Shown piece after piece: positions 8,363 to 18,019 of a stretch of 32,000 bases of DNA. The DNA is taken from positions 450,001-482,000 of the forward strand of contig NC_016012.1 of NCBI RefSeq assembly GCF_000283555.1. Reading direction: 5' to 3'. Source of the stretch: Candidatus Arthromitus sp. SFB-rat-Yit. GTDB lineage: Bacteria > Bacillota > Clostridia > Clostridiales > Clostridiaceae. Every line of letters begins with the position of its first letter. Position 1 is the first letter of the stretch. Made by a program: the position numbers and the translations under genes. A model generated the notes under the pieces. That model saw only the letters and a list, made by a program, of their open reading frames with translations. It ran no database searches and was not told the origin of the DNA.

Positions 8363-9046
8363 GTGAGAAAAAAACAATTTGTTGTAATAGGTATTGGGAG
8401 ATTTGGTTTTAGTGTTGCGACTAGTCTTTATAGAGCGGGTTATGATGTGTTAGCAATAGATAAAGATATAGAAAAGATTGAAGAAATTTCTACTGAGGTT
8501 ACTCATGCTTTAGCACTTGATGCTACAGATGAAAAATCATTATTTAGTGTTAACATTTCAGATTATGATACAGCTATAATTGCAATTGGAGGCAGTATAC
8601 AAGAAAGTTTGCTTGTAACTTTACTTGTAAAAGATGCAGGCATATCAGATATTATATGTAAGGGACAAGGAGAACTACATGGAAAGCTTTTAAAGAAGAT
8701 AGGGGCTAGAAGAGTTGTATTGCCGGAGCAAGAGATGGGATTTAGACTTGCAAATAGTTTAAAATTCCAAAGTTTATTCGACTACATAGAAATATCTAAG
8801 GGATCTTCAATTGCTGAATTTACTGCACCAAAGGAATGGATTAATAAAACTATAGGGGAAATTGATATTAGAGCAAAACATGAAGTAATATTAATAGGCA
8901 TTAAGAAATATCCAGAATATGAAATGGATGTTAATATAAATGCAAATACAAAAATTAAAGAACACGATCTATTAATACTTTTAGGTAGAGATGATAGGTT
9001 GTGTAAAATACAAAACAAATTTACTTTTGTTCAAAAAGAGGATTAA
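8363..9046 (+). CDS. ktrA: TrkA/KtrA-family K+ uptake peripheral subunit (RCK, NAD-binding)
   Basis: The N-terminal Rossmann motif VVIGIGRFGFSVA and a C-terminal TrkA_C-like domain are present. The 227-aa length is typical of KtrA. SD AAGGGGA precedes the GTG. Confidence 0.9.
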   Translation: MRKKQFVVIGIGRFGFSVATSLYRAGYDVLAIDKDIEKIEEISTEVTHALALDATDEKSLFSVNISDYDTAIIAIGGSIQESLLVTLLVKDAGISDIICKGQGELHGKLLKKIGARRVVLPEQEMGFRLANSLKFQSLFDYIEISKGSSIAEFTAPKEWINKTIGEIDIRAKHEVILIGIKKYPEYEMDVNINANTKIKEHDLLILLGRDDRLCKIQNKFTFVQKED

Positions 9047-9050
9047 AAAT

Positions 9051-9833
9051 TTGAATTATATAAGTAGTTTAGAAAATAAACTTTTTAAAGAAATCATGAG
9101 TTTAAAAGTTCGGAAGAACAGATATAAAAGTAAGTTGTATCTTATAGAAGGAATAAGATTTGTGGAAGAAGCTATTAAAAATAACTGTGAGATAAATTAT
9201 GTAATAATTTCTGAGTCGAAGAAGGATTATATAATTGATAGATTTAATTTTAAAGATGGCTTATTTAATGTTATAGTTTTTTCAGATGAGTTATTTGAAA
9301 AGGTCAAGCAAACAGAAAAAACTCAGGGGATAATTGCATGTTTAAAAATTAGGGATACTTTTAAAAAATTTGATTTTAATGAAGGAATATACTTTTTAAT
9401 TGATAAAATTCAAGATCCAGGGAATTTAGGAACTATAATTAGGACTGCTGTTGCTGTTAATGCTTTAGGCATTATATTAATAAAAGGAAGTGTTGATATA
9501 TATAATGATAAAGTTTTAAGATCAACAATGGGTTCTATTTTTAAGATAAATATTAATTTTATAGAGAGCTATTTAGAATTAAATGAGTTTATAGAAAATG
9601 ATTTTAAGCTTGTTATAGCTGATGCTTATAGTGATAATAATTATTATCATGTAGATTTAAAAGGTAAGATTATTTTAGCTATTGGAAATGAGGGGAATGG
9701 TATTTCCGATGAGGTTAAGAATTTTCCTCATATTAAAGTTCGTATTCCTATGTGTAATGATCTTGAATCTTTAAACGTTGCTCAAGCACTTAGCATTATT
9801 GCCTTTGAGCGTGTTAGACAATTAGATATATAA
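9051..9833 (+). CDS. TrmH/SpoU-family RNA 2'-O-methyltransferase (YsgA/RlmB-like)
   Basis: SpoU motifs are present: IQDPGNLGTIIRTA, LAIGNEGNGIS and IPMCNDLESLNVAQALSI. It is located upstream of pheST, like Bacillus ysgA. The ORF-track start 8991 overlaps ktrA by 56 nt. TTG 9051 lies 8 nt after GAGGA (9038-9042) and is the likelier start. Confidence 0.85.
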   Translation: MNYISSLENKLFKEIMSLKVRKNRYKSKLYLIEGIRFVEEAIKNNCEINYVIISESKKDYIIDRFNFKDGLFNVIVFSDELFEKVKQTEKTQGIIACLKIRDTFKKFDFNEGIYFLIDKIQDPGNLGTIIRTAVAVNALGIILIKGSVDIYNDKVLRSTMGSIFKININFIESYLELNEFIENDFKLVIADAYSDNNYYHVDLKGKIILAIGNEGNGISDEVKNFPHIKVRIPMCNDLESLNVAQALSIIAFERVRQLDI

Positions 9834-9848
9834 ACTTGATTGATATAT

Positions 9849-9886
9849 TCCTTGATTTTAACTAATCAAGGAGTTTTTTATTTTTT
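9849..9886 (+). terminator. intrinsic terminator-like hairpin directly upstream of pheS
   Basis: TCCTTGAT (9849-9856) pairs with ATCAAGGA (9865-9872), the loop is 8 nt, and GTTTTTTATTTTTT follows. It ends 10 nt before the pheS ATG. Confidence 0.6.
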
Positions 9887-9895
9887 ATTGGAAGG

Positions 9896-10924
9896 ATGAG
9901 GATTTTGAAAGAGAAATTAGAACAGCTACTTAATTCTGTAATTGATCAACTTAGAAGTGTTGATTCAATATGTAAATTTGAAGAATTAAGAGTTAGGTAT
10001 TTAGGGAAAAAAAGTGAGTTATCAAATGTATTGAAAAATATGAAGAATTTGTCTAATGAAGAGAAAATTTCTACTGGGAAAATTATAAATAAGATAAAGA
10101 AGAAGATGGAAGCAAAATTTTCGGAAACTTTTGAAAAAATTAAGAATTTTGAAATGGAGAAAAAATTAAAGGAAGAAGTAATTGATATTACTTTGCCAGG
10201 TAAAAAAATATCTCTTGGTCATAAAAATCCAATTCAGATTGTTTTAGATGAAATACAAGAAATATTTCTAAATATGGGATTTGTGATTGAGGAAGGCCCG
10301 GATATTGACACTGAATATTATAATTTTGAGGCTTTAAATATTTTTAAAGATCATCCAGCTAGAAGTGAGCAAGATACTTTTTATATAGATGATGATCATG
10401 TTTTGAGAACACATACTTCTACTATACAAATTAGAACGATGGAAAATAAAAAGCCACCTATAAAGATTATTGCACCTGGACGTGTTTATAGATCAGATGA
10501 GTTAGATGCGACGCATTCTCCAATATTTTATCAGATGGAGGGACTTGTTGTAGATAAAAATATTAATATGGCTCATCTTAAGTTTACTCTAAATAAGTTT
10601 ATAAAGCTTATGTTTGGTTCGGAAATAAAAACTAAGTTTAGAGCACATCATTTTCCATTTACAGAGCCTTCTGCTGAGATGGATGTTAGTTGTTTTGCTT
10701 GTAAAGGAATTGGTTGCTCTATTTGTAAAAATAGCGGTTATATTGAAATATTAGGTTGTGGTATGGTACATCCTGATGTTTTAAGAAGATGTGATATAGA
10801 TCCTGAAGAGTATAGTGGCTTTGCTTTTGGTTTTGGTATAGATAGAATGGTGATGCTCAAGTATGGAATTGAGGATATAAGACTTTTATATGAAAGTAAT
10901 TTAAAATTTTTATCTCAATTTTAA
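9896..10924 (+). CDS. pheS: phenylalanine--tRNA ligase alpha subunit
   Basis: The class II motifs [32 protein letters not shown] and [12 protein letters not shown] are present. An alternative start is TTG 9905, giving MKEKLEQLL..., a typical PheS N-terminus. Confidence 0.97.
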   Translation: MRILKEKLEQLLNSVIDQLRSVDSICKFEELRVRYLGKKSELSNVLKNMKNLSNEEKISTGKIINKIKKKMEAKFSETFEKIKNFEMEKKLKEEVIDITLPGKKISLGHKNPIQIVLDEIQEIFLNMGFVIEEGPDIDTEYYNFEALNIFKDHPARSEQDTFYIDDDHVLRTHTSTIQIRTMENKKPPIKIIAPGRVYRSDELDATHSPIFYQMEGLVVDKNINMAHLKFTLNKFIKLMFGSEIKTKFRAHHFPFTEPSAEMDVSCFACKGIGCSICKNSGYIEILGCGMVHPDVLRRCDIDPEEYSGFAFGFGIDRMVMLKYGIEDIRLLYESNLKFLSQF

Positions 10925-10941
10925 TTTATGGGAGGATATTA

Positions 10942-13302
10942 ATGAGGGTTTCATTTGAATGGATTAAAGAGTATTTTAATGAAGATTTAGAGTTAAATGA
11001 TGTATGTGATAAGTTAACTATTAGTGGAACAAAGGTTGAAAACGTAGAGTCAAATAAAATTGAAGTTAAGAATGTTGTTACTGGGTTTATTGAGGAAATT
11101 AAGCCTCATCCAGATGCTGAAAAGCTTGTTGTATGTAAGGTTAATATTGGAGATGAGTATGTTCAAATAGTTACTGGTGCAAAAAATATGAAAGAAGGGG
11201 ATATTGTACCTGTTGCATTACATGGAGCAGTTTTGGCAGGGGGACTTAAAATTAAAAAAGGGAAATTGCGTGGGGTTGAATCTCAGGGAATGATGTGTTC
11301 TGAAGAAGAATTAGGACTTTGTGATCATGCTGATGGTCTTATGATTTTGAAAGATGTTCCGATTGGGAAAAATATAGTTGATGTTTTAGATTCAGGAGAA
11401 GATATTATTGAGTTTGAAATAACGTCAAATCGTCCAGATTGTTTAGGAGTTATGGGAATAGCAAGAGAAATTAAAGCTGTATATGATGTTGATTTTAAAA
11501 ATCCAAATTTAGAGTTTAGGTGTAGTGGGGATAAAAATATTAACGATATTTTAAAGGTTGATGTTCAAACAAAAGATTGTAGAAGATATTCTGCTAGGGT
11601 TATTGAAAATGTAAAGATTTGCGATTCTCCTAAATTTATACAAGATAGATTGATTTCATCAGGTATTAGACCAATAAATAATATTGTAGATTTGACAAAT
11701 TATGTAATGCTTGAGATAGGTCAACCAATGCATGCATTTGATTATGACCTTGTTAGAGATTCAAAAATTGTAGTTGAATATAGTTCAAATGGTGATAAAA
11801 TTACTACTCTTGATGGAGTAGATAGAGAACTTGATAATTCTATAATTTGTATAAAGGATTCTAAAGGTGCATTAGCCTTAGGTGGAATTATGGGAGGGGA
11901 GTACTCTAAAGTCAATCATAATACTAAGAAGATTATACTTGAGAGTGCAAATTTTAAATTTGATGTTATACGTAGAGCATCAAGAAAATTAAATTTAAGA
12001 TCTGAAAGTTCTTTAAGATTTGAAAAAGGGATAGATGATAATTTAACTATTGTTGCTTTAGATAGGTTTTGTAGTTTGTTTGAAGAATTGTCATATGGGG
12101 ATATAGTAAATGGAACTATAGATATTATCAATGAGAGTTATGAGAAGGTTAATATAGAAGTTACACCAGAATATATAAATAAATTTTTAGGAACGTCAAT
12201 ATCTAAATTCGATATTATAAAAATATTTAAAAATTTAGATATGGAAGTAAAAGAGGAAAATGGAATTTTAATAGTAACACCTCCTACATTTAGACGTGAT
12301 GTGTTTATTAAAGAGGATTTGGCTGAGGAAATTGCAAGAATTTATGGATATAATCGAATTGAAGAGGAAGATTTATTAAATGCTTTACAGGAAATTGGAA
12401 AAACTAAAAAACAAAAGTTTATTGATAATATTTTAAATTTGATGGTATCTCTAGGATTTAGTCAATCGATAAGTTATTCATTTTATAGTCCAAAATCTTT
12501 TGATAAGATGAATTTGGATAAAGATAGTGAATTAAGAAATGTAATTAGTATAAGAAATCCATTGGGTGAAGATTATAGTGTTATGAGAACAACTATGATT
12601 CCATCAATGATTGAAGCACTATGTAGAAATAATTCATATTCAAATAGTGAAGCTTGCATATTTGATATAGGAAAAACTTATAGTAAAGGCAGAGATGGAA
12701 ATATTTTAGAAAATAATGTTTTAACTATTGGTATGTATGGTAAAAAATTTGATTATTTTACTCTTAAAGGAGTTGTCGAGGCATTATTTAAACATATTGG
12801 TATAACTTTTATGCTTGAGAGAGAAGGGGAAACTTTTTATCATCCGGGTAAGTCAGCAAGAATAGTCTTGGGAAAAAATATTTTAGGAAAATTTGGAGCG
12901 ATTCATCCATACGTGATGAAAAATTATGATACTAAAGTAGAATTTTTTATATGTGAAATATATTTAGATAAGGTATTTAACCTATATAAATTTGATAAAA
13001 AGTATAAGCAAATTCCGAAATATCCAAGTGTAACTTTTGATTTAAGCATAGTTGTGGATGAAAATGTATTAGTTCAGGATATAGAAAAAATTATAAAATC
13101 AAAATCGGGAAGTATTTTAGAAAGTCTAGATATATTCGATATTTATAGAGGATCGCAAATTCCTGAGGGGAAAAAAAGTGTATCTTATAGTATAATATTT
13201 AGAGATATTAGAAAAACTTTAAATGATAAAGAAATAAATAAGTTAATAGAAATGATCTTAAATGATCTTAAATTGAAATTAGGAGCTGAACTTAGAAAGT
13301 AG
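10942..13302 (+). CDS. pheT: phenylalanine--tRNA ligase beta subunit
   Basis: The 786-aa product has an N-terminal tRNA-binding (EMAP-like) domain (KPHPDAEKLVVCKVNIG), B3/4 and B5 domains, and a C-terminal FDX-ACB domain. SD GGGAGGA is present. Confidence 0.97.
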   Translation: MRVSFEWIKEYFNEDLELNDVCDKLTISGTKVENVESNKIEVKNVVTGFIEEIKPHPDAEKLVVCKVNIGDEYVQIVTGAKNMKEGDIVPVALHGAVLAGGLKIKKGKLRGVESQGMMCSEEELGLCDHADGLMILKDVPIGKNIVDVLDSGEDIIEFEITSNRPDCLGVMGIAREIKAVYDVDFKNPNLEFRCSGDKNINDILKVDVQTKDCRRYSARVIENVKICDSPKFIQDRLISSGIRPINNIVDLTNYVMLEIGQPMHAFDYDLVRDSKIVVEYSSNGDKITTLDGVDRELDNSIICIKDSKGALALGGIMGGEYSKVNHNTKKIILESANFKFDVIRRASRKLNLRSESSLRFEKGIDDNLTIVALDRFCSLFEELSYGDIVNGTIDIINESYEKVNIEVTPEYINKFLGTSISKFDIIKIFKNLDMEVKEENGILIVTPPTFRRDVFIKEDLAEEIARIYGYNRIEEEDLLNALQEIGKTKKQKFIDNILNLMVSLGFSQSISYSFYSPKSFDKMNLDKDSELRNVISIRNPLGEDYSVMRTTMIPSMIEALCRNNSYSNSEACIFDIGKTYSKGRDGNILENNVLTIGMYGKKFDYFTLKGVVEALFKHIGITFMLEREGETFYHPGKSARIVLGKNILGKFGAIHPYVMKNYDTKVEFFICEIYLDKVFNLYKFDKKYKQIPKYPSVTFDLSIVVDENVLVQDIEKIIKSKSGSILESLDIFDIYRGSQIPEGKKSVSYSIIFRDIRKTLNDKEINKLIEMILNDLKLKLGAELRK

Positions 13303-13319
13303 TAATAAGGAGGGTAATT

Positions 13320-14348
13320 ATGAAGTTAATATTATTTGATGCAAAACCTTATGATAAGGAATATTTTGATATGTATTCTAGAGAATATAATGTTGATATT
13401 GTTTATGAGGATAAGAAACTTACATTTGAAACATGTCATTTAGCGAATGGATTTGATGCAGTTTGTATATTTGTTAATGATGTTGTTGATAAAGAAGTTA
13501 TTGATAAATTACATGAATTCGGAATTAAGTTAATTGTTCTAAGATGTGCAGGATATAATGGAGTGGATATTAAATATGCAAAAAATAAAATAACTGTAGT
13601 TAGAGTTCCTGCATATTCACCAAATTCAATTGCAGAAATATCAATTGGTATGATACTTACTTTAACAAGGAAAATTAATAAGGCTATTAATAAAACTAAA
13701 AATTACAATTTTTCTCTTGAAGGATTGGTAGGATTTGATTTATTCAATAGAACTGTTGGTATAATTGGAACTGGTAAGATTGCACAAGAATTTATGAAAA
13801 TTTTATCAGGCATAGGCATGAAAATATTAGCATATGATTTGTATCCAAATTATGAATTGGAGAGTAAGCTAGGATTTAAATATGTTGATTTGGATACTAT
13901 CTATAAGGAAAGTGATATTATTTCTTTACATTGTCCATTAACTAGTGATAATGCACACATGATAAATAAGGATTCAATATCTAAGATGAAAGATAGAGTT
14001 ATAATTGTAAATACAGCTAGAGGAATGTTAATTGATACGAAAGCATTAATTGATGCGATAAAATCTGGAAAAGTTTATGGTGCAGCTTTAGATGTTTATG
14101 AGAATGAGAAAAATTATTTCTTTAATGATTGTTCAGAAACAGGCATTGATGATGAAATGTTAAAGGAGCTTTTATCACTTGAGAATGTTATACTTTTTTC
14201 ACATCAAGCTTATTTAACAGAAGAAGCATTAACAAATATTGCATTAGTTTCTTTAAATAATATTAAGAGTTTTTGTAATAACGAATTTTTGAATAACGAA
14301 GTATTTTATGATGAATTACAAGATAAGATAGTTGATTTTAGGAAATAG
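13320..14348 (+). CDS. ldhA: NAD-dependent fermentative D-lactate dehydrogenase (D-2-hydroxyacid dehydrogenase family)
   Basis: It is collinear with E. coli LdhA as I remember it: AVCIFVNDxxD, LRCAGYNGVD, VVRVPAYSP, NFSLEGLVGF and GIIGTGKIAQ (NAD site). The catalytic triad context is NTARG, LDVYENE and SHQAYLT. Confidence 0.9.
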   Translation: MKLILFDAKPYDKEYFDMYSREYNVDIVYEDKKLTFETCHLANGFDAVCIFVNDVVDKEVIDKLHEFGIKLIVLRCAGYNGVDIKYAKNKITVVRVPAYSPNSIAEISIGMILTLTRKINKAINKTKNYNFSLEGLVGFDLFNRTVGIIGTGKIAQEFMKILSGIGMKILAYDLYPNYELESKLGFKYVDLDTIYKESDIISLHCPLTSDNAHMINKDSISKMKDRVIIVNTARGMLIDTKALIDAIKSGKVYGAALDVYENEKNYFFNDCSETGIDDEMLKELLSLENVILFSHQAYLTEEALTNIALVSLNNIKSFCNNEFLNNEVFYDELQDKIVDFRK

Positions 14349-14360
14349 ATAATAAATTTA

Positions 14361-14395
14361 TTGCAGTAATAAATCACTATTACTGCAAATTTTTT
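14361..14395 (+). terminator. rho-independent terminator
   Basis: An 11-bp perfect stem, TTGCAGTAATA (14361-14371) with TATTACTGCAA (14378-14388), followed by ATTTTTT. Confidence 0.8.
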
Positions 14396-14423
14396 ATAAT
14401 TTATAAAGTCATATGAGGAGCAA

Positions 14424-15128
14424 ATGATAATGAAAGTATATAAATTTTTGGCTTCATTTACAGTTATAGTTTTATTTGTTAGTTTGTTTTTTAATACAAA
14501 TGTACATGCTATAATAAATAGATATTTTGAAGATACTTTTGAGGTAAGTGTACCAGGGCTTCCAAGCAAGTATAGTAATGTATTTTGTAATTTAGAAGAT
14601 GTTAGTGTTGAAATAAAAGAGGATAAGATAGTAATATTAAATCTTGTTCCCGATCAGGTTTATCATAATGTTGAAATTACATTTACAGATGATATCGGTA
14701 GAAAATATGAATTTAATTTTGATAATGTTATAACTTCACTACCAAAGAAAGCGAATAACAAATTTGTTTATGATGCTTATTTAAATGGGTTAGGGAGAAA
14801 ACCTGATCATACAGGATTTAAATATTGGTTTGGAAGATTAAGTAGTGGAACTATTACGGCTGTGGACTTTATAAATGAAATGGTAAGTTCAGATGAATTT
14901 AATTCAAATTATAGTATGTCTATAGAAAAGATAAAGGCATTATATAAAACTGTAGTGGGAAGAGAAGCGGATGAAGAGGGACTTGGTTTTTGGTTAAGTG
15001 AATTTAATATTTTAGTAGAACAAAATGGTATTAAAAGTAGTAATGCAATATTAGAGTTAGTAAAAAGAATGGTAAGTGAAAATGAATTTATTAGTATAGT
15101 GGAAGAGGCGGGCTTTATATATAACTAA
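14424..15128 (+). CDS. secreted protein with two C-terminal DUF4214-type repeats
   Basis: A signal peptide (KFLASFTVIVLFVSLFFNTNVHA) is present. There are two copies of the DUF4214 pattern, FVYDAYLNGLGRKPDHTGFKYW...SSDEF and IKALYKTVVGREADEEGLGFW...SENEF. ATG 14430, which lies 9 nt after GAGGAG, may be the real start. Confidence 0.75.
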   Translation: MIMKVYKFLASFTVIVLFVSLFFNTNVHAIINRYFEDTFEVSVPGLPSKYSNVFCNLEDVSVEIKEDKIVILNLVPDQVYHNVEITFTDDIGRKYEFNFDNVITSLPKKANNKFVYDAYLNGLGRKPDHTGFKYWFGRLSSGTITAVDFINEMVSSDEFNSNYSMSIEKIKALYKTVVGREADEEGLGFWLSEFNILVEQNGIKSSNAILELVKRMVSENEFISIVEEAGFIYN

Positions 15129-15129
15129 A

Positions 15130-15153
15130 GGGGAGATAAGCTCCCCCTTTTTT
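15130..15153 (+). terminator. rho-independent terminator, probably shared by the convergent genes
   Basis: GGGGAG (15130-15135) pairs with CTCCCC (15141-15146), the loop is 5 nt, and CTTTTTTATTTTTT follows. Confidence 0.75.
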
Positions 15154-15158
15154 ATTTT

Positions 15159-16268
15159 TTAAAATAATTTTAAACTTAATTCATCACTTTGGTTATCGAA
15201 AAGATCAACTAATTTAATTTTTAAATTTATGTAGTCATCTACTTCTAGTATGGATTGTTTAGTAAGCTCAGAATATTCGCCATTATTTATTTTATACAAT
15301 ATTTTTTTAATTGAGTTATGATTATATAAATCTAAAACAACTCTAAACATTAAATCATTAGTTGAAACAGATGGAATATTTGGTTTATTTAAAATATCAG
15401 CTATTATTGAAATTAGGAAGGTTGCACATTTATTTATATAAATTGTATTTGTTTCAGAAACGATTCTTACGAAATCAATTTTATTATTTGAAATATTATT
15501 GAATTGAGTTTTATCTATAATTTCTGAAAAATTAATAAAGTTAAATGAATTATAATTAATAGAATCGTTAATAAATGTAGATATTTTGGATTCATTATTT
15601 AAATTTAATACATTGACTTTATTAAGGGTGTCTTCAAATTGAAGATCTATTATAGATAATAAATCGAGATGAACCAATACATCATCTATTGAAGTATTAA
15701 TAGTGTTGCTAATACTTGACGAATTATTAATGAATAATACAGAAAGATGATATTTTTTATTAAAATTTTCAAATAATCTAAGCATTTCAAATATCATTGA
15801 AATATTTTTAGGATTAAATTCATTATTTGAATTAAAGTATGTTGTAGTAATTAAAAGGGTTTTTGTATTAATATCACCTAACTCGGATCTTTTAGTGAAA
15901 AGGATATTATTATTTTTGGATTTTTGTGCGAAATTGTATTCAATTTCTTCATTAAAACCAATATTATCTAAAACATTTATAATTCTAGCATTAAGATTTT
16001 TTATAAATTCATAATTTGATGGATAATCTTGATATATTTTTTGTAATTCATTAGATTGAGAGTTTATATTTGAAATTTCAAAATTCACTTCATCTATAGC
16101 AAGATTTTTATATAATTTATTAACTTCAATATCAACATTGAATTTTTTATTAGCAGTATTATTTCCATAATATCTATTTGATATAGTAAAACGTGAACAA
16201 GATGTGATTGAAAAAATTATAAGGAACATAAATATATATTGTTGTAATTTCATTAGTAAAATCCCCAC
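15159..16268 (-). CDS. Asn-rich putative lipoprotein of unknown function
   Basis: A lipobox is present, FLIIFSITS-C, when read from the internal ATG at 16253 (MKLQQYIFMFLIIFSITSC), which is the likelier start. The central segment (NNILFTKRSELG...KTLLITTTYFNS...ISMIFEMLRLFENFNKKYHLSVLFINNS) is loosely reminiscent of an M28-type aminopeptidase core with the metal ligands replaced. That resemblance is only an impression. Confidence 0.6.
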   Translation of the reverse strand: MGILLMKLQQYIFMFLIIFSITSCSRFTISNRYYGNNTANKKFNVDIEVNKLYKNLAIDEVNFEISNINSQSNELQKIYQDYPSNYEFIKNLNARIINVLDNIGFNEEIEYNFAQKSKNNNILFTKRSELGDINTKTLLITTTYFNSNNEFNPKNISMIFEMLRLFENFNKKYHLSVLFINNSSSISNTINTSIDDVLVHLDLLSIIDLQFEDTLNKVNVLNLNNESKISTFINDSINYNSFNFINFSEIIDKTQFNNISNNKIDFVRIVSETNTIYINKCATFLISIIADILNKPNIPSVSTNDLMFRVVLDLYNHNSIKKILYKINNGEYSELTKQSILEVDDYINLKIKLVDLFDNQSDELSLKLF

Positions 16269-16280
16269 TAAGTTAAAATT

Positions 16281-16544
16281 TTAGAGTATATTATTTTTTA
16301 TGTTATTTAATTTTGAATCTATGGAGTCTATTAAATTATTTTGTGTAAAATTAGTGTAATTTTCTATATTTAGATTATTAGCTTCTAATATTTTTTTAAT
16401 TTCGATTAATTCGGAGTCAATGTTATTGAGTTCAATGTCACTATAATTTTTATTAAAATTATTTAAATAAAAATTTATATTATTTATATTTGAGTTTATT
16501 TGATTGGCAGAGTTAAATAAATTTTGGATTTCATGTTCATCCAT
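16281..16544 (-). CDS. small Asn-rich hypothetical protein, co-oriented 12 nt upstream of the lipoprotein gene
   Basis: An 87-aa ORF with a good SD (GGAGGA about 7 nt before the ATG). By my count about 25 of 87 residues are Asn. No TM segment or signal peptide is present. The low-complexity composition makes the coding call less certain. Confidence 0.45.
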   Translation of the reverse strand: MDEHEIQNLFNSANQINSNINNINFYLNNFNKNYSDIELNNIDSELIEIKKILEANNLNIENYTNFTQNNLIDSIDSKLNNIKNNIL

Positions 16545-16672
16545 ACTACATTCCTCCAGAAAATAATTATAATATTAAATTATGCAAAAATAAACTTAAA
16601 GCGTTATGATTATAAAAATTAAATGTACATTTTTTAAAATAAGGATTAATAAAATAAAATAAAATAGAATTT

Positions 16673-17608
16673 ATGGAGGGAATTGTGACCAAAACTAAAC
16701 TATTTAATTTTATTTTATTTATGGATTTTATAATATATATATTTTCAAATTTGATTCTATTTAAATATGTTCCGCAGAACTCATATTACATATTTTACAT
16801 GTGCTTAAGAGATATAATATTATTTTTATTTTCTATCGCAGTATATTTAAATTTTTATAATTCCAGAATAAGTTCAATGTTAGTGTTTCCAAAACTAAAT
16901 AGTAAAATTATTAAAAATTCAATAATAATTGGAATTTCATTTTATTTGATAGCTAATGGTGTGAATTTGATTTTTACATCAATATTTAAATTTACTTTAG
17001 GAAATAGGTTTTATCTGAATAATATTTATATAAGAGATTATTTTGGTTTTGAATTTATTTTTTATATTTTTGTTCATACGATTTTTACAGAATTATTTTT
17101 TAGATGTATTTTAAAAGATGCATTTAAATTTTTATCAAATAAGGCTAGATTGGTATTATCATCTATTATATTTTCATTTTTCTTTTTTGGATTGTCACAA
17201 ATTGTATATGGGTTTGTTATTGGAATTTTGTTAATGTGTTTTCTAGATAGAATAGGAAGCATGATTACTCTGATAATAGCAAGTTTAAGCATAAATATGG
17301 CTGATTATTTTGTCAGAGTAATTGGAAATAAATTTCCTAAGACTATAATTTCATCTAGAGTAGTAGTTAACAATAGTTCGGATATTTTTGTAAATTTGAT
17401 AATACCAATTATAATAATTCTTGTTGGGATCATAATATATTCGATATTAAGAGAAAATATAAAAATTAAAATACCATCTGTTTTACCCAATAATGTTAAG
17501 GAGGGTAATTTTAATATAAGTTTAAGTAATGTAGTAGATATTTATGTTTTGCTATTTTTTGTAACGTATTTTATTATCACATTTATAGGATATAAAATTT
17601 CTTCATAA
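16673..17608 (+). CDS. polytopic membrane protein, a possible degenerate CPBP/Abi-family (CAAX-protease-like) member
   Basis: There are about 8 hydrophobic segments. TELFFRCIL sits where CPBP motif 1 (EExxxR) is expected, with the first Glu replaced by Thr. The expected FxxxH and HxxxN/D motifs have no His (FFFFGLSQ, SLSINMADY). The start is probably GTG 16685, just after GGAGGG. Confidence 0.45.
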   Translation: MEGIVTKTKLFNFILFMDFIIYIFSNLILFKYVPQNSYYIFYMCLRDIILFLFSIAVYLNFYNSRISSMLVFPKLNSKIIKNSIIIGISFYLIANGVNLIFTSIFKFTLGNRFYLNNIYIRDYFGFEFIFYIFVHTIFTELFFRCILKDAFKFLSNKARLVLSSIIFSFFFFGLSQIVYGFVIGILLMCFLDRIGSMITLIIASLSINMADYFVRVIGNKFPKTIISSRVVVNNSSDIFVNLIIPIIIILVGIIIYSILRENIKIKIPSVLPNNVKEGNFNISLSNVVDIYVLLFFVTYFIITFIGYKISS

Positions 17609-17681
17609 TTTAAATTTTAGTTCAGTTTTTTGTTTTAGGGAATATATTGGATTGTTATATGTTTTAAAGGAGTACTAGTTT

Positions 17682-17915
17682 ATGTTTAAAAATAGATTAA
17701 GAAACTATGGGTTATGGGTATCAGTTGCAGCACTTATTCCATTATTGCTATCAGCATTTGGAATTAATTTTGTTAGTGAAGATAAATATGTACAGATAAT
17801 AAATTGCATATTATCTATATTAGTAGCTTTAGGACTTATAAATAATCCAGACACAAATAATCGTTGGTATAAAGATGATAAAATAGAAGAGTACAAAAAT
17901 AAAGAATTAAACTAA
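17682..17915 (+). CDS. phiLC3-family (phage_holin_1-like) holin homologue, with no phage context
   Basis: The 77-aa product matches the family pattern from memory: an N-terminal RLRN-x2-LWVSVAALIPLLL TM, a second TM IINCILSILVALGLINNPDT, and a charged tail. AAAGGAG SD is present and a strong terminator follows. Confidence 0.7.
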   Translation: MFKNRLRNYGLWVSVAALIPLLLSAFGINFVSEDKYVQIINCILSILVALGLINNPDTNNRWYKDDKIEEYKNKELN

Positions 17916-17924
17916 TTATTATCT

Positions 17925-17961
17925 TCAGGAATAAATGTTAACATTTATTCCTGATTTTTTT
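17925..17961 (+). terminator. rho-independent terminator
   Basis: A 14-bp inverted repeat, TCAGGAATAAATGT (17925-17938) with ACATTTATTCCTGA (17941-17954), followed by T7. Confidence 0.8.
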
Positions 17962-18019
17962 GTATAAATATGTATTATTATGAAAATATGATAATACATC
18001 ATTGGTAAACGAGGATAGG

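Noticed and set aside
8991-9050. N-terminal extension of the methyltransferase ORF overlapping ktrA by 56 nt.
   Set aside because: This is an artefact of taking the longest ORF. An SD-supported TTG at 9051 gives a protein of the usual TrmH-family length, with the start just after the ktrA stop.
17682-17915. Holin as a marker of a prophage or mobile element.
   Set aside because: No endolysin, integrase, terminase, capsid or tail genes, att-like direct repeats or transposase are visible nearby. The flanks are chromosomal housekeeping (dapB downstream). It is therefore treated as an orphan holin rather than a mobile element.
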